A stretch of 64,000 nucleotides of DNA from Candidatus Bathyarchaeota archaeon (GCA_052246995.1 JBQPWD010000001.1:206652-270651); one strand, 5' to 3'; positions 9,829 to 20,897 are shown, counted from the first letter of the stretch. Translations and numbers: made by a program. The notes: generated by a model not told the origin, from the sequence alone.

Positions 9829-9877
9829 TGTAAAAAACTTACGTTTTTAGAAAAATTAATAAAAAATTTGTTTTCTA
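9829..9877. terminator. Convergent-gene intergenic terminator region (oligo-T on both strands)
   Basis: cgttttt and aaaaaa/ttttt runs between the convergent secY (+) and the GltB-like gene (-). Archaeal terminators are oligo-T tracts. Confidence 0.3.
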
Positions 9878-11575
9878 TCAATCAAGCACTTTCTCTATTA
9901 GCTCTGCATCACTTTCATGAGGTAGTGGAATTCCTGTAACTTTTGAGGCTAAGTCTGTTAACGCAACCAAGTCTCCCCTATTAATTAATTCTAACCTGAA
10001 TTTTCTTGAACCTGCTAAAAGTTGTTTAAAGCTTACTCCAATCCTATCATAAAGATAGCTGTATACTCCAACAGCCTCCCAAGGTATTTCTTTAAATCTA
10101 TCTCCAAATCTAACCTTTAACTCGGTTGCACATCTAAAAAACTTGTCAGGTGTTTCACCATAGTCTTCAACAAAACTTTTAGGTAACCTTCCTTTTTCAC
10201 CCAATTCTACAAAATATTTTGCTTTCATTGCTGCTGTTAATGGTGATCTACCCATTACAACACCTTTAACAAATGGTCCGTCGCCAAAATTACTCAAAGC
10301 TATAGCTTTAAAAATCTGTGTTTCCTCGATAAACCCTCCAGCCATAACAATATCAGGTACATGTCTACCCCTTCTTTTTAAAATTTGGGCACATTTTAAA
10401 ACTACAACCTCAAGATATACTGTTGGTATTCCCATTTCATCCATCATTGGAACTGGGCTCATACCTGTACCTCCCCCTGCTCCGTCAAAGGTTACATAGT
10501 TAACTTTAGCTTCTGATGCGATTTTCATGGTATATGCTACATCAACAGGCCTATAGGCTCCTGTTTTTATGGATACCACTTTTGCACCTTGGTTTTTAAG
10601 CCATTCAATATCTTCAACAAAATCTCTTTCTTTTGGTATTCCTACCCTACTATGTCTTTCAAAGGAGTCAAATTGTTTTTGTTTAAAGGCTTCCTGCACT
10701 GCAGGATCTTCTGGGTCTGGTATTACCAGATATCCTCTTCTTTTTAACTCTATAGCCCTTTCTAGGCTTTTAACCCTTATTTCTCCTCCAATAGCTTTTG
10801 CCCCCTGCCCCCACTTTCTTTCAATACAGTTTACCTCAAGCTTTGAAATAACATAAACATCAACTCCAAGTCTTTGATCCTCAACATTTGTTTGAACAAC
10901 CACGTCGCCGTACTTTCCATCCCAAAGTTTTCTAAAAGTTTTAACCCTACGTTCCATCTCCTTTGAATAAGTTACTTTACCGTTAGTTATTTGCGCTTCA
11001 GAATCAACGCCGCAAACATTTTCACCGACAATTATTCCTATACCTGAAATTGCTGCACCAATTGCAAGTCCATCCCAATTTATTCTAGCCACATCGGTTG
11101 ATCCGTATGCGCCAATTAAAATTGGAAGTTTTAATTTTATTCCTCCAATGCTTGTTTCTGTTGAAGCTGAGGGAAAAATTGCCTCATCAGGACTTGGCCT
11201 AATACCTTCAACTTTAAAAAGTTCAGCTTGAATGTTAAAATGAGACCAATCTAAGCCAAAATCCTTTAAGGCTCCAGCTGTACTAAACCCGAATTGTTTA
11301 GGAATTGGATAGATGGCCTCCCTCCCACGAAATGTTGAAAGACCTATTTGACACAAAACTGGACACTCGTAAATGCAGATAGGACACATTCCACTGATGC
11401 AGCTTGTATCTCTAACTCTTGTTAAAGTTCCTGTAGTTGACTTTGCATTTAGGTATGAGGAGTTTTGATGCACCCTTTCAGGCAACTTATATCCCTCCAG
11501 GAAAAACCGATAAAGCATCCACTCTCTAATAGAGGAGTGGAGCTCTTTAAAAACTTTGTGTAAGCTAAGTTTCAA
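9878..11575 (-). CDS. Glutamate synthase-related FMN/Fe-S protein (archaeal GltB domain-2-like)
   Basis: N-terminal Cys cluster (CISGMCPICIYECPVLCQ) followed by an FMN-binding TIM-barrel-like region (VTFDGAGGGTGMSPVPMMDEMGIPT); 565 aa. Confidence 0.7.
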   Translation of the reverse strand: MKLSLHKVFKELHSSIREWMLYRFFLEGYKLPERVHQNSSYLNAKSTTGTLTRVRDTSCISGMCPICIYECPVLCQIGLSTFRGREAIYPIPKQFGFSTAGALKDFGLDWSHFNIQAELFKVEGIRPSPDEAIFPSASTETSIGGIKLKLPILIGAYGSTDVARINWDGLAIGAAISGIGIIVGENVCGVDSEAQITNGKVTYSKEMERRVKTFRKLWDGKYGDVVVQTNVEDQRLGVDVYVISKLEVNCIERKWGQGAKAIGGEIRVKSLERAIELKRRGYLVIPDPEDPAVQEAFKQKQFDSFERHSRVGIPKERDFVEDIEWLKNQGAKVVSIKTGAYRPVDVAYTMKIASEAKVNYVTFDGAGGGTGMSPVPMMDEMGIPTVYLEVVVLKCAQILKRRGRHVPDIVMAGGFIEETQIFKAIALSNFGDGPFVKGVVMGRSPLTAAMKAKYFVELGEKGRLPKSFVEDYGETPDKFFRCATELKVRFGDRFKEIPWEAVGVYSYLYDRIGVSFKQLLAGSRKFRLELINRGDLVALTDLASKVTGIPLPHESDAELIEKVLD

Positions 11576-11856
11576 GCTAATGAAGCTTGAATGTTAAAAT
11601 CTTTTTGACTTAACTTCAGCAGCTTAAATAAGCCCTACAAAAACATCCTACTGCTTTTACGCCTTTGACATTCTCAGCAAGCTACAGCCTAAAAAAAGGA
11701 AAAATCTCCGGAAAACTGGAAATCTAGAGTTTCATGATTTTTATTGAATCTTAAAATTTTATCCATAGTAAACTTTAGGGCTAGGATGGTAATAAAAAAC
11801 AACTTTTAACTAGAAAATGGTTGTTAAACCTAATAAAGCAATTTTTTGTTTAAAAA

Positions 11857-13407
11857 TCACTCCCACTCTATTGTTGCTGGCGGTTTATGTGTTATATCAT
11901 AAACAACTCTTGTAACTTGGGGAATTTCATTGGTTATTCTTGTTGAAATCTTTTCTAAAACTTTGTATGGAATTTTTGCAAAGCTTGCAGTCATGGCTTC
12001 TTTGCTTTTAACAGCTCTAATAGCCACCGTGTATCCGTATGCTCTTGCATCGCCTTTAACACCTGTAGTTTTTGTATCGGTTACAATAGCAAAATATTGC
12101 CACAATTCTTCTCTTAAAGTTTTATTTTTTTCTACTTCTTCTCTTACAATTTTATCCGCCTTCTTTACAATATCCAGTTTTTCCCTTGTCACTTCTCCAA
12201 TAACTCTAACAGCTAAACCTGGTCCTGGAAAAGGTTGTCTTTGTATAATTTCTTTAGGAAGCCCTAATTTTTCTGCAACCTTTCTTACCTCATCTTTGTA
12301 AAGGTCTCTTAAGGGTTCAACTATGCCTTTAAACTCTATTTTTGTTGGTAATCCTGCAACGTTATGGTGGGTTTTAATTTTTTCTGAATGTTTTCTAAAA
12401 CCAGATTCAATTCTATCAGGATAAATTGTTCCTTGGATTAGATATTCAGCCTCTATTTTTTTTGCAACCTCCTCAAAAATTCTGATGAACTCCTCACCAA
12501 TAATTTTTCTTTTAAGTTCAGGGTCAACTACCCCCTTAAGCTTTTCTAAAAATCTTTCTTTAGCGTCGACCATGATAAAGTTCATATCAAAATTTTTAAA
12601 AGCTTCTTTAACAGCTTCAGGCTCACCTTCACGCATAAACCCATGGTCAACAAAAACCGCTGTTAAGTTTTTACCTACAGCCTTAGAAGCCAAAACCGCT
12701 GCTGTGCTTGAATCAACACCTCCACTTAAAGCTATGATACACTTACTATCTTTAACACCTTCTTTTATCTCAGTAACTGCTTTCTCAATGAAATTCTCCA
12801 TCATCCAGTTAGGCTTACATTTGCAAACATTAAAAATAAAATTTCTTAATATTTGAGTACCATGCTTGGTATGAACAACTTCGGGATGCCACTGTAAACC
12901 GTAAATAGGTTTCTTCTTATGCTTAAAGGCCGCTATAGGAGAGTTTTTTGTATAAGCTAGAATTAAAAATTCTTTTGGAAGTTTGTAAATGGTGTCCCCA
13001 TGACTCATCCAAACCTTTTCTCTCCTACCTAAACCTTTAAAAATTTTATTAAACCTGGTTATGTTTGCGTAAGTAACACCGTACTCCTTTTCTTTTCCAG
13101 GTTTAACCTCTCCTCCAAACATGTACGCTAAAAGCTGGCAACCGTAGCATATGCCAAGTAAAGGTATGCCGAGGTTTAGGATTTCCATGTTAAACCTTGG
13201 AGCGTTTACATCGTAAACACTTGCAGGTCCTCCTGATAAAACTAGCCCTTTAACGCTAACTTTTTTATCAAACTCTAAAATTTCATTTGAAGTTATATCG
13301 TAATGGACTATTTCAGAGTAAACGTTTTGTTCCCTTATTCTTCTGGCAATTAAATGACAGTACTGACCTCCAAAATCAAGAACAAGAATAGCATCTGGTT
13401 TACTCAT
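11857..13407 (-). CDS. guaA: GMP synthase (glutamine-hydrolysing), fused GATase + ATP-pyrophosphatase form
   Basis: N-terminal class-I GATase ([19 protein letters not shown], catalytic Cys region GICYGCQLL) plus PP-loop SGGVDSS; single 516-aa polypeptide. Confidence 0.92.
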   Translation of the reverse strand: MSKPDAILVLDFGGQYCHLIARRIREQNVYSEIVHYDITSNEILEFDKKVSVKGLVLSGGPASVYDVNAPRFNMEILNLGIPLLGICYGCQLLAYMFGGEVKPGKEKEYGVTYANITRFNKIFKGLGRREKVWMSHGDTIYKLPKEFLILAYTKNSPIAAFKHKKKPIYGLQWHPEVVHTKHGTQILRNFIFNVCKCKPNWMMENFIEKAVTEIKEGVKDSKCIIALSGGVDSSTAAVLASKAVGKNLTAVFVDHGFMREGEPEAVKEAFKNFDMNFIMVDAKERFLEKLKGVVDPELKRKIIGEEFIRIFEEVAKKIEAEYLIQGTIYPDRIESGFRKHSEKIKTHHNVAGLPTKIEFKGIVEPLRDLYKDEVRKVAEKLGLPKEIIQRQPFPGPGLAVRVIGEVTREKLDIVKKADKIVREEVEKNKTLREELWQYFAIVTDTKTTGVKGDARAYGYTVAIRAVKSKEAMTASFAKIPYKVLEKISTRITNEIPQVTRVVYDITHKPPATIEWE

Positions 13408-13625
13408 TTACCTTCAACCTAACTTACTTGACTTTAATCTTATTATTTCTTACCATCTCCAATTTTTTTATTCTTACAACAAGGTTTATCTTTGTAGTTG
13501 CTCCTACTTAAACAATTAGTAAAATTTTTGCTTAAAATTTAACAAATATTCAAAATAATGGTGGAAAGAAATATATTCAAATTTTTTAATCATAAAATTG
13601 TTTACTGTTGACGCTTGGTGGTAGT

Positions 13626-15095
13626 ATGCCATACATTAAAACTGCTGAAGGAGAAGTTAAACCGTTAAAAAGGACGCCTGAAGAAGTTTTAGAATTAATT
13701 AAAAGGGAAAATGTTAAGTTTATAGATTTACATTTTACTGACATCCCTGGAAAACTTAACCACACAACAATATTGTCTAGTTTTTTGGATGAGGATAGCT
13801 TTATTGAAGGCTTTCCTAAGCTTGATGGCTCATCAATTAAAGGCTATTCTGAAATCTACGAGTCGGATATGGTTCTTAAGCCAGATCCCTCAACATTTTC
13901 AATCATTCCTTGGATGCCTGAAAATCTGAAAACTGCAAGAATAATTTGCGATGTTTACTGTGGATTTGGGATGGAAAAATTTTCTAGGGATCCAAGGGGG
14001 GTTGCTCAAAAGGCTGAGCAGCTGTTAAGAGAAATGGGTTACGATGTATCTTATTGGGGTCCTGAGGTTGAATTTTTTGTTTTTGATAAGGTGAGTTGGA
14101 ATGTGCTAGATGCTTATAGAAGGCAAAGTTACGAGATAGAGTCAAGGGAAGCTGCTTGGAGTTATAGTGGAATAGGCTACCCAACTAGGTTTAAGGAGGG
14201 ATACTTTCTTACACCTCCTCAGGATACTCTTATGGAGCTTAGATGTGAATGTGCTGAAATCTTAACCGAGTTTTTTGGTGTGGTTTGTGATACTCATCAT
14301 CATGAAGTTGCTTCTGCTGGTCAAAGTGAAATAAACTTTTACAGGGATAACTTAACAGGTGCTGGAGATAGTGTAGTGACCCTTAAGTATGTAGTTAGAA
14401 ACGTTGCTTTTAAACATGGTATGGTTGCAACCTTTATGCCTAAGCCGATTTTCATGGACAATGCTTCTGGTATGCATGTTCATGTAAGTATTTGGAAAAA
14501 CGGTGAAAACCTTTTCTACGACCAGAATGATGAGTATGCTGAATTAAGCCAGCTGGCTAGATACTTTGGTGGTGGTTTACTTGAACATGCACGTTCCCTA
14601 GTTGCTATAGTTGCTCCAACAACAAACTCTTACCGGAGACTTGTTCCAGGATATGAAGCCCCGGTTTATGTTGCTTGGAGCCGTGGTAACAGGTCTGCAT
14701 GTTTAAGAGTTCCAGCTTACCATAAAGGTGCTAACGCAGCAAATCAGAAAAGGCTTGAGTTTAGGCCACCTGATCCCTCATCCAATCCCTACTTATGTTT
14801 TGCAGCTATACTTGCAGCAGGTCTTGACGGTATCAAAAAGAAGATTGATATAGGTGATCCTGTAGATGAAGATATTTACAAACTTACCCCCGAAAGAAGA
14901 AGGCAGCTTGGAATTAAAGCACTACCAGAAAGCTTAAAGGAGGCTGTTGAATGTTTACAAAGCGACCAACAATACTTAAAACCAATATTTTCCCAAGATT
15001 TAATTGATAAAATAATTGAGCTTGAAATCAACGAATGTAAGGAAGTTAACATAAGACCGCATCCCTATGAATTCTATCTTTACTTTGACAGATAA
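13626..15095 (+). CDS. glnA: Glutamine synthetase
   Basis: GS beta-grasp plus catalytic-domain signatures (FDGSSI, HHHEVASAGQSEINF, NPYLCFAAILAAGLDGI). The ATG at 13626 is preferred over the upstream in-frame extension. Confidence 0.9.
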   Translation: MPYIKTAEGEVKPLKRTPEEVLELIKRENVKFIDLHFTDIPGKLNHTTILSSFLDEDSFIEGFPKLDGSSIKGYSEIYESDMVLKPDPSTFSIIPWMPENLKTARIICDVYCGFGMEKFSRDPRGVAQKAEQLLREMGYDVSYWGPEVEFFVFDKVSWNVLDAYRRQSYEIESREAAWSYSGIGYPTRFKEGYFLTPPQDTLMELRCECAEILTEFFGVVCDTHHHEVASAGQSEINFYRDNLTGAGDSVVTLKYVVRNVAFKHGMVATFMPKPIFMDNASGMHVHVSIWKNGENLFYDQNDEYAELSQLARYFGGGLLEHARSLVAIVAPTTNSYRRLVPGYEAPVYVAWSRGNRSACLRVPAYHKGANAANQKRLEFRPPDPSSNPYLCFAAILAAGLDGIKKKIDIGDPVDEDIYKLTPERRRQLGIKALPESLKEAVECLQSDQQYLKPIFSQDLIDKIIELEINECKEVNIRPHPYEFYLYFDR

Positions 15096-15207
15096 AACTA
15101 GGTTTAGTGTTTTTACTGTTAGTTAGATGAAGCTACCTTAAATACTGAATTTTCTTTTAAAATTTGTAACCAGTTTTCTGTAAAAAACAGCTTTAAGGTT
15201 TTTCTAA

Positions 15208-16800
15208 TTACTTTAGGTTTTTAGACATGTAGACTCCATCCTTTTTGTATCCGAGTTTCATGTAATAGCCTTTAACACCTAACGCTGAAAGTATAAGAAT
15301 CTTTTTTGCATCATACTCTTCAACAGCAATTTTTTCAGCTTCACCAATTAAAAGTTTACCATAACCTTGATGTTGCCATCCACTAACATCTTTAGCTCCA
15401 ACTGGTATAAGGGGACCATAAACATGAATTTCTCTAATAATTAAAGATTTACCTCCCTCAACTTCCGGTCTAAAAACTTTTTCTGATGGATACCTTAATC
15501 TTATATGCCCAATAAGTATGTTTTGTTTAACATCTTCGTAAGATAAGAAGATTTCTTCACCTTCAGATGCATAGTATTTTTCAACTCTTAGCTTTATGTC
15601 TTCAGATTTAGGTTCTAAGCCAAATTTAGCTTTAACATGCCCAACTTCTCTACAGCGAATACATTGACATCTTAAACCATTCTTCCACATTTCCTTAAGC
15701 ACAATTTCTCTTAAGTTACTTTTTTTAACACCTGAAATTATGAGATTTGCGGGGATATCCCTTTGAATTCTTTGAATCCTAACCCATCTTGGAAGAATCT
15801 TTTTGGCTTCAATTATAAGCTTGATAACTTCTTCCTCAGAGTATGATTGGTATTTCCCATTTTTCCAAAGTTCGTAAAGCTTTGTATCTTCAAGAACAAG
15901 GGTAGGATAAATTTTGATGTTATCAGGTTTAAATCTTTCATCAGAAAAAACAATCCTAAACATTTCAAAGTCTTTTTGGAAATCTGAGCTTGGAAGGTTT
16001 AGCATTAAATGAGCTGTTACAGTAAAACCTGCATCCTTGCAAGCCCTAAACGATTCTACAACATCCTCAACGGTATGACCTCTTTGGATAATCTTGTAAA
16101 CATCTTCATAAATTGTTTGAACTCCAAGTTCAACTCTTGTAAGGCCAAGATTTAGAAGAAAATTCACCTGATCCTCTTTACATATATCAGGCCTTGTTTC
16201 AACGGTTATACCTGAATTCTTAATTTTTGATGTTTCAGCATAAGCTTTAGCCTCCTCAATGCTTGAAGACATAACGTTTGTTAACGCATCTAAACATTCC
16301 TTTACAAACCATTCTTGGTAATCTTTAGGTAGGTAGGTAAAGTTTCCACCTAAAATTATAAGCTCAACTTTATCAACAACATGGCCAATAGCTTCAAGCT
16401 GATTTATACGGTTTTTAACCTGCAAGTATGGGTCATAATTATTTTGAATTGCACGTAAACACGCTGGCTCTCTGCCAGTGTAAGCTGAGGGTGTCCCGTA
16501 ATCTAATCCACCAGGACAGTAAATACATCTAGGGTTTTTTGGACATGGATGAGGTTTAACCATTACGGTTACAACAGACACACCAGAAATGGAGCGAACC
16601 TTCTTCTTCTTAAGAAGAGTACCTAACTGCCGAGCTTTTTCGGGTGGTAGCCTTTTAACTATCTCAGAATTTGACGGTATAAATGAAAGACCGTACTTTT
16701 TTGACACAATAATTTTAACGTTGTTTACATCTTTTTCAGTTAAATTCTTAAGTTTGGAAAGTTCCTTGGCAATTTCATCGTAAATGTCACTGGTAATCAT
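15208..16800 (-). CDS. elp3: Elongator protein 3 homologue (tRNA U34 carboxymethyl-modification radical SAM + GNAT)
   Basis: Radical-SAM Cys motif CPKNPRCIYCPGG, a long central domain and a C-terminal GNAT fold (QHQGYGKLLIGEAEKIA); 530 aa, typical for archaeal Elp3. Confidence 0.88.
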   Translation of the reverse strand: MITSDIYDEIAKELSKLKNLTEKDVNNVKIIVSKKYGLSFIPSNSEIVKRLPPEKARQLGTLLKKKKVRSISGVSVVTVMVKPHPCPKNPRCIYCPGGLDYGTPSAYTGREPACLRAIQNNYDPYLQVKNRINQLEAIGHVVDKVELIILGGNFTYLPKDYQEWFVKECLDALTNVMSSSIEEAKAYAETSKIKNSGITVETRPDICKEDQVNFLLNLGLTRVELGVQTIYEDVYKIIQRGHTVEDVVESFRACKDAGFTVTAHLMLNLPSSDFQKDFEMFRIVFSDERFKPDNIKIYPTLVLEDTKLYELWKNGKYQSYSEEEVIKLIIEAKKILPRWVRIQRIQRDIPANLIISGVKKSNLREIVLKEMWKNGLRCQCIRCREVGHVKAKFGLEPKSEDIKLRVEKYYASEGEEIFLSYEDVKQNILIGHIRLRYPSEKVFRPEVEGGKSLIIREIHVYGPLIPVGAKDVSGWQHQGYGKLLIGEAEKIAVEEYDAKKILILSALGVKGYYMKLGYKKDGVYMSKNLK

Positions 16801-16964
16801 GTTTCCCCGTCAACTATAACTTTTAAATTCACACTTTAATTAACACTTCTCTGAAGTGTAATCTTGTTTTAATTGGAAATAAAGTTAGTTTTTAAACCTA
16901 GAAGATGCCACCTCAATGTTTACTGGGCGTAAGATTTTTATTTTCTGAGTGGCTTAAAGTCTGT

Positions 16965-17213
16965 ATGGTGAAGTTTTTGAGGGCGTACATTCTGATTACA
17001 ACTAAACCTGGAACATCTGAGGAAGTTGTTGCAACCATAACAAGTAGTAAAAATCTAAAAGGGGTTAAACTTGCGGATTCTGTTTACGGTCGGTTTGATG
17101 CTGTCGTTGTAGTTGAAGTTGAATCTTTAGAAGAGCTTACCGAGTTAACCTATAAAATAATTGAGAAAATTCCAAACATAACTCATACCGAAACTCTAAT
17201 AAGTTTATCCTAG
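16965..17213 (+). CDS. Stand-alone RAM (Lrp/AsnC C-terminal ligand-binding) domain protein
   Basis: ILITTKPGTSEEVV...GRFDAVVVVEVESLEEL...IPNITHTETLISL; about 82 aa from ATG 16965. The upstream extension of the track ORF was judged spurious. Confidence 0.7.
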   Translation: MVKFLRAYILITTKPGTSEEVVATITSSKNLKGVKLADSVYGRFDAVVVVEVESLEELTELTYKIIEKIPNITHTETLISLS

Positions 17214-17308
17214 TAAGGGCATATTTAACTGCCTACCTGTAAACTGGTGAACATGAAAAATCCAATTTAAAATTTTAAGCTTTTTGGTTAACTTAACCAG
17301 TCTATCTT

Positions 17309-17551
17309 TTACTCTGGTGGGTAAAATAATGAAATTAAAGTTTCTGTGCGAATAATGTTTGGAAGTTTTTCTATCATTTCGTAGACAATTTTTTTAAGTT
17401 CTTCTAGGTTTTTAGCTTCAACCACAACTACAGCATCAAACCTTCCAAACGTAGAGTTTGCTAGTTTAACTCCTCTAACCTTTCTAGCTTTAACAACTTC
17501 CTCAGATGTTCCAGGTTTAGTTGTAATTAACACAAAAGCTCTTATAGGCAT
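17309..17551 (-). CDS. Stand-alone RAM-domain protein (paralogue of 16965-17213, convergent)
   Basis: VLITTKPGTSEEVVKARKVRGVKLANSTFGRFDAVVVVEAKNLEEL...TETLISL; shares a 36-nt identical inverted DNA segment with its neighbour. Confidence 0.7.
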   Translation of the reverse strand: MPIRAFVLITTKPGTSEEVVKARKVRGVKLANSTFGRFDAVVVVEAKNLEELKKIVYEMIEKLPNIIRTETLISLFYPPE

Positions 17552-17647
17552 TTTCTCGCCTACTTACATCTTTCAAGTTTTCATGTATTTATGTTTTTAA
17601 TATCCTCTCCGCAAAGTTTTTAGTTTTCCCTCAGTACCTGTAATTAT

Positions 17648-18421
17648 GTGAATAGCTTGTTAACACTAGATAAACTTGTAATTGGAGTTGAAAAAGTTGT
17701 TGAAGTGTTAAAATTAGGTAAAAATCCTGTTGGAGTAAAATTTATGCGAAGAAGAGAGGCAGGTGTTTTAAAAACTAGGATTAAGAGTAGGTTTTATACT
17801 GTTTGTGGTGGAATATTAAATGCTGCTGGGGGTGAATTTATTCTCCTTTCAAAGGAAAACTGTATTTGCCCTGGTGGAAGGTATTATTTAGGTTTTGTAG
17901 AGAAACGTGAAATACCTTTAAGTGTACTTGTTGATGGTGAAAAACTTTGGTGTAGTAAATTATTAGCTTACAGATCGGATTTTGAAGCTGAAAAGTTGGC
18001 AAAAATTCCTTATAATTTAGCAGAAAACATTGCTTTATATTCCATTACCACTAACAATGAAAATCTTTATCCTGATATTATCTTAATGCTTGTAAATGCT
18101 GAGCAAGCCTCAAGACTTTTATTTTTAAATCAGTTTTTTGATGGAAAAATAACTTCAATGGAAATGAGGCTTTCCTTGTGTTGGAGTACAATAGTCTATC
18201 CTGCTATGTCAGGTAACTTTAACATCTCTGTTGGGGATGTTAGTGCTAGAAAAATGGAGGATTGGGACCCAAATTTAATGATAGCTTCAATACCTGTGGA
18301 AAGGATGAAGTTTATAATTGAAGCCTTAGATAAAAGTACTGCAGGTACAGCTGAACCTTCAGAGGAATTTAAAAAGGCTGTTGGTGCGATAAAGCAAGAG
18401 AAGCTTAACAATTTATCTTAG
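17648..18421 (+). CDS. Conserved hypothetical protein (DUF169-like, Cys-containing)
   Basis: 257-aa soluble protein with FYTVCGG and CICPGGRYYLG motifs. The DUF169 assignment is from memory and uncertain. Confidence 0.4.
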   Translation: MNSLLTLDKLVIGVEKVVEVLKLGKNPVGVKFMRRREAGVLKTRIKSRFYTVCGGILNAAGGEFILLSKENCICPGGRYYLGFVEKREIPLSVLVDGEKLWCSKLLAYRSDFEAEKLAKIPYNLAENIALYSITTNNENLYPDIILMLVNAEQASRLLFLNQFFDGKITSMEMRLSLCWSTIVYPAMSGNFNISVGDVSARKMEDWDPNLMIASIPVERMKFIIEALDKSTAGTAEPSEEFKKAVGAIKQEKLNNLS

Positions 18422-18480
18422 CATAATACTAATTATACTTAATTAACCGTTTATTAACAGATTTCTACAAGTGGTGTTTT

Positions 18481-19626
18481 ATGATAAGCAAAATTGTCCA
18501 GTTGGTTGAAGATCCGTATCAAACTGTTATAAAGTTTAAAAAGGAGATAGGTAAAGGAGTTATTGGTTGTTTCCCAATGGAGGTTCCTGAAGAGCTTATT
18601 TATGCTGCTGGCTTCTATCCTGTAGTTATTTGGGTTGGTAATGAGCCTGTTACTGTTGGTCATTCCTACACCATGTATTATAATTGTGCAATAGTTAGAA
18701 CATTTATTGATGACATGGTTAGGGGTAAATTCTGGTTTATGGATGGTGTTGTTGTTGCCAGACAATGTTTACCAACTCATGAGCTAGCTTTTGTTATTGA
18801 AAGAAATGTTAAACCTTCTTATCTTGAATACTTATACCTTCCAGCTCTTTACCCAAGCAAAAACTCTTTTCCAAGCAATGCAATAAGAAACTTTACAACT
18901 CATGAGTTTAAAAGGCTTAAAAACAGCATTGAAAAGTATAGTGGTAAAAGAATTGATGAAAGTGACCTTATTAAAGGCATTAAGGTCTATAATGAAAATC
19001 GTAAATTCTTAAAAGAGATTTATGAATTTAGAAGAAAGAATCCCCAAAGTATTAGAGTATGGGAAATGGTTTCTCTTGTTTGGTCAAGTATGATCTTACC
19101 TAAGGAGAAACATTCAGAGATGCTTAGGCAGGTTTTAGAAGAGCTCAAAGGTAGAGAGGTTTTGGTTGGTGATAGGTTAAAAGTTGTTCTTGTTGGTTGT
19201 ATGTGTCATGTTCCACGTTTTGACATTTTAAGAATGATAGAAGATTTAGGTATGATTGTTGTTGATGATGATATTTACGTTGGTTCAAGATATATTTACA
19301 ATGATGTAAAGTTAAATGGAGACCCTATTATCTCACTTGCAGAAAAATATTTTTCACGAATACCCCCAACCATAACTAAAGGCGACTGGGAAATAGACTG
19401 GGGTAAGTATATTGTGAACATGGTTAAAAAGGTTAAAGCTGATGGTGTAATAACACTTATGCCAAAGTTTTGTCCACCCCATTTATGCAACTACCCTGAT
19501 TTTAAACGTACATTAACGGAGAATAACATCCCTGAAGTTTTAATAGAGATGGAGCATGAGGCAGTAACACTTGAAACAGTAAGATTAAAACTCCAAGCCT
19601 TTACAGAATCCTTAAGGAGGAGGTAG
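18481..19626 (+). CDS. 2-hydroxyacyl-CoA dehydratase / benzoyl-CoA reductase BcrC-type family subunit (HgdB-like)
   Basis: GCFPMEVPEELIYAAGFYPV N-terminus and conserved Cys (VGCMCHV, KFCPPHLC), typical of the HGD-D family; 381 aa. Confidence 0.7.
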   Translation: MISKIVQLVEDPYQTVIKFKKEIGKGVIGCFPMEVPEELIYAAGFYPVVIWVGNEPVTVGHSYTMYYNCAIVRTFIDDMVRGKFWFMDGVVVARQCLPTHELAFVIERNVKPSYLEYLYLPALYPSKNSFPSNAIRNFTTHEFKRLKNSIEKYSGKRIDESDLIKGIKVYNENRKFLKEIYEFRRKNPQSIRVWEMVSLVWSSMILPKEKHSEMLRQVLEELKGREVLVGDRLKVVLVGCMCHVPRFDILRMIEDLGMIVVDDDIYVGSRYIYNDVKLNGDPIISLAEKYFSRIPPTITKGDWEIDWGKYIVNMVKKVKADGVITLMPKFCPPHLCNYPDFKRTLTENNIPEVLIEMEHEAVTLETVRLKLQAFTESLRRR

Positions 19627-19628
19627 GG

Positions 19629-20897
19629 ATGAGTAGTAAAGAATATCGTTTAAACAGGCTTGAAACAACCAAGCTTGTTGGCAAAATTTTTGATAAACAC
19701 TGGGCTGAACTTAGAGAAGCAAAACAAAAAGGTGAAAAGGTTGCATGGTGTTCAGGACCAACAGTATTCTTTCCTCAATCTCAAGGTATAAAATCACATT
19801 TTATGGCTGGCTATTCTGCGTATTGTGCTGGAAGAGGTGCTGCAGAACAGGTTTTAGAAGCAGCTGAAGCTGCTGGAGAGCTACCTGAAACTTGTTCGTA
19901 TCATAGACTTCATACTGGGATGGTTCATGCGGTTTTAACTGGTTACAAAATTAAGGAGGAAGTTATACTTCCAATACCCGACTTATTCATCATAGGTAGA
20001 CTTTGCCCTGAAATGTCACATTATGCTGAGGCATTGTTTAGGAGGTTAGGTAAAAAAGTTAAGGTTGTAGGTGTAGACCTTCCACCACCTAGAAAGGTTG
20101 AAGATTTAGAGTTTCTCGGAGAATTTGTTGAAAACCAGGTTCGTGAAATGCTTATACCTGCAATTGAAGAATTAACTGGTAGAGAATTTAACTATGAAGC
20201 CTTAAGGGAAAAGTGGAGTCTTCTTAAGAAAATTGCCGAGGTTAGGAATAAATGCTGGGAATTCTTTAAGCTTAAACCGACGCCATGGACATTATGGGAT
20301 TATGGTGTAGGTATGGGCTTCCTTTTTTATGCTATCAGGCCTGAAGGGTTAGAATACTGGAATAAGGTTTATGAAGAACTTAAAGATAGAGCAAAAAGTA
20401 ACGTTCCGGCTATTCTTCCAGAGGGTGAAAAGTATAGGCTTTATTGGGATAACTGGATTCCTTGGGCTTTTCTTGGAAGAACTATAAGGTTACTTATTAA
20501 GTATGGCGCTATACCAATTTTTGGTAGGTATCCCTACGAATTTTTCCCTCATCCTGAATACATAGACCTATCAGAAGATCCAGTAACAACATGGGTTAAT
20601 CTTTTTTACACTAAAGCTAAACAAGCAGCAATAATGATGCCTGAGTTTGCATACGAAACTATCACTAAACATGTTGAAGAATATGAAATTGACGGGGTTG
20701 TGTTCTTTTCTACAAGAACATGCCGTATGTGGAATGCAGGTCAAAGAGAAATATTAAACAGAATTGAAAGGGAATACGGTGTTCCTGGTGTTATTGTTGA
20801 GGCTGACATGGTTGACCCAAGATTTTTCAATGATGCGCAAATTGAACTTAGATTACAAGCATTGTTTGAGATGATCGATGCGCGCAGAAAAAGATAA
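19629..20897 (+). CDS. 2-hydroxyacyl-CoA dehydratase family subunit (HgdA/BcrB-like)
   Basis: HGD-D family features (VAWCSGPTVFFPQSQG, conserved Cys residues); 422 aa. Its start is 3 nt after the previous subunit. Confidence 0.65.
   Translation: MSSKEYRLNRLETTKLVGKIFDKHWAELREAKQKGEKVAWCSGPTVFFPQSQGIKSHFMAGYSAYCAGRGAAEQVLEAAEAAGELPETCSYHRLHTGMVHAVLTGYKIKEEVILPIPDLFIIGRLCPEMSHYAEALFRRLGKKVKVVGVDLPPPRKVEDLEFLGEFVENQVREMLIPAIEELTGREFNYEALREKWSLLKKIAEVRNKCWEFFKLKPTPWTLWDYGVGMGFLFYAIRPEGLEYWNKVYEELKDRAKSNVPAILPEGEKYRLYWDNWIPWAFLGRTIRLLIKYGAIPIFGRYPYEFFPHPEYIDLSEDPVTTWVNLFYTKAKQAAIMMPEFAYETITKHVEEYEIDGVVFFSTRTCRMWNAGQREILNRIEREYGVPGVIVEADMVDPRFFNDAQIELRLQALFEMIDARRKR

Noticed and set aside
16905-16964. 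N-terminal extension (MPPQCLLGVRFLFSEWLKVC) of the first RAM-domain ORF given in the track.
   Set aside because: The paralogue and the RAM-domain family start at MVKFLRAYILITTKPG, which corresponds to ATG 16965. The extension is hydrophobic junk upstream of the domain.
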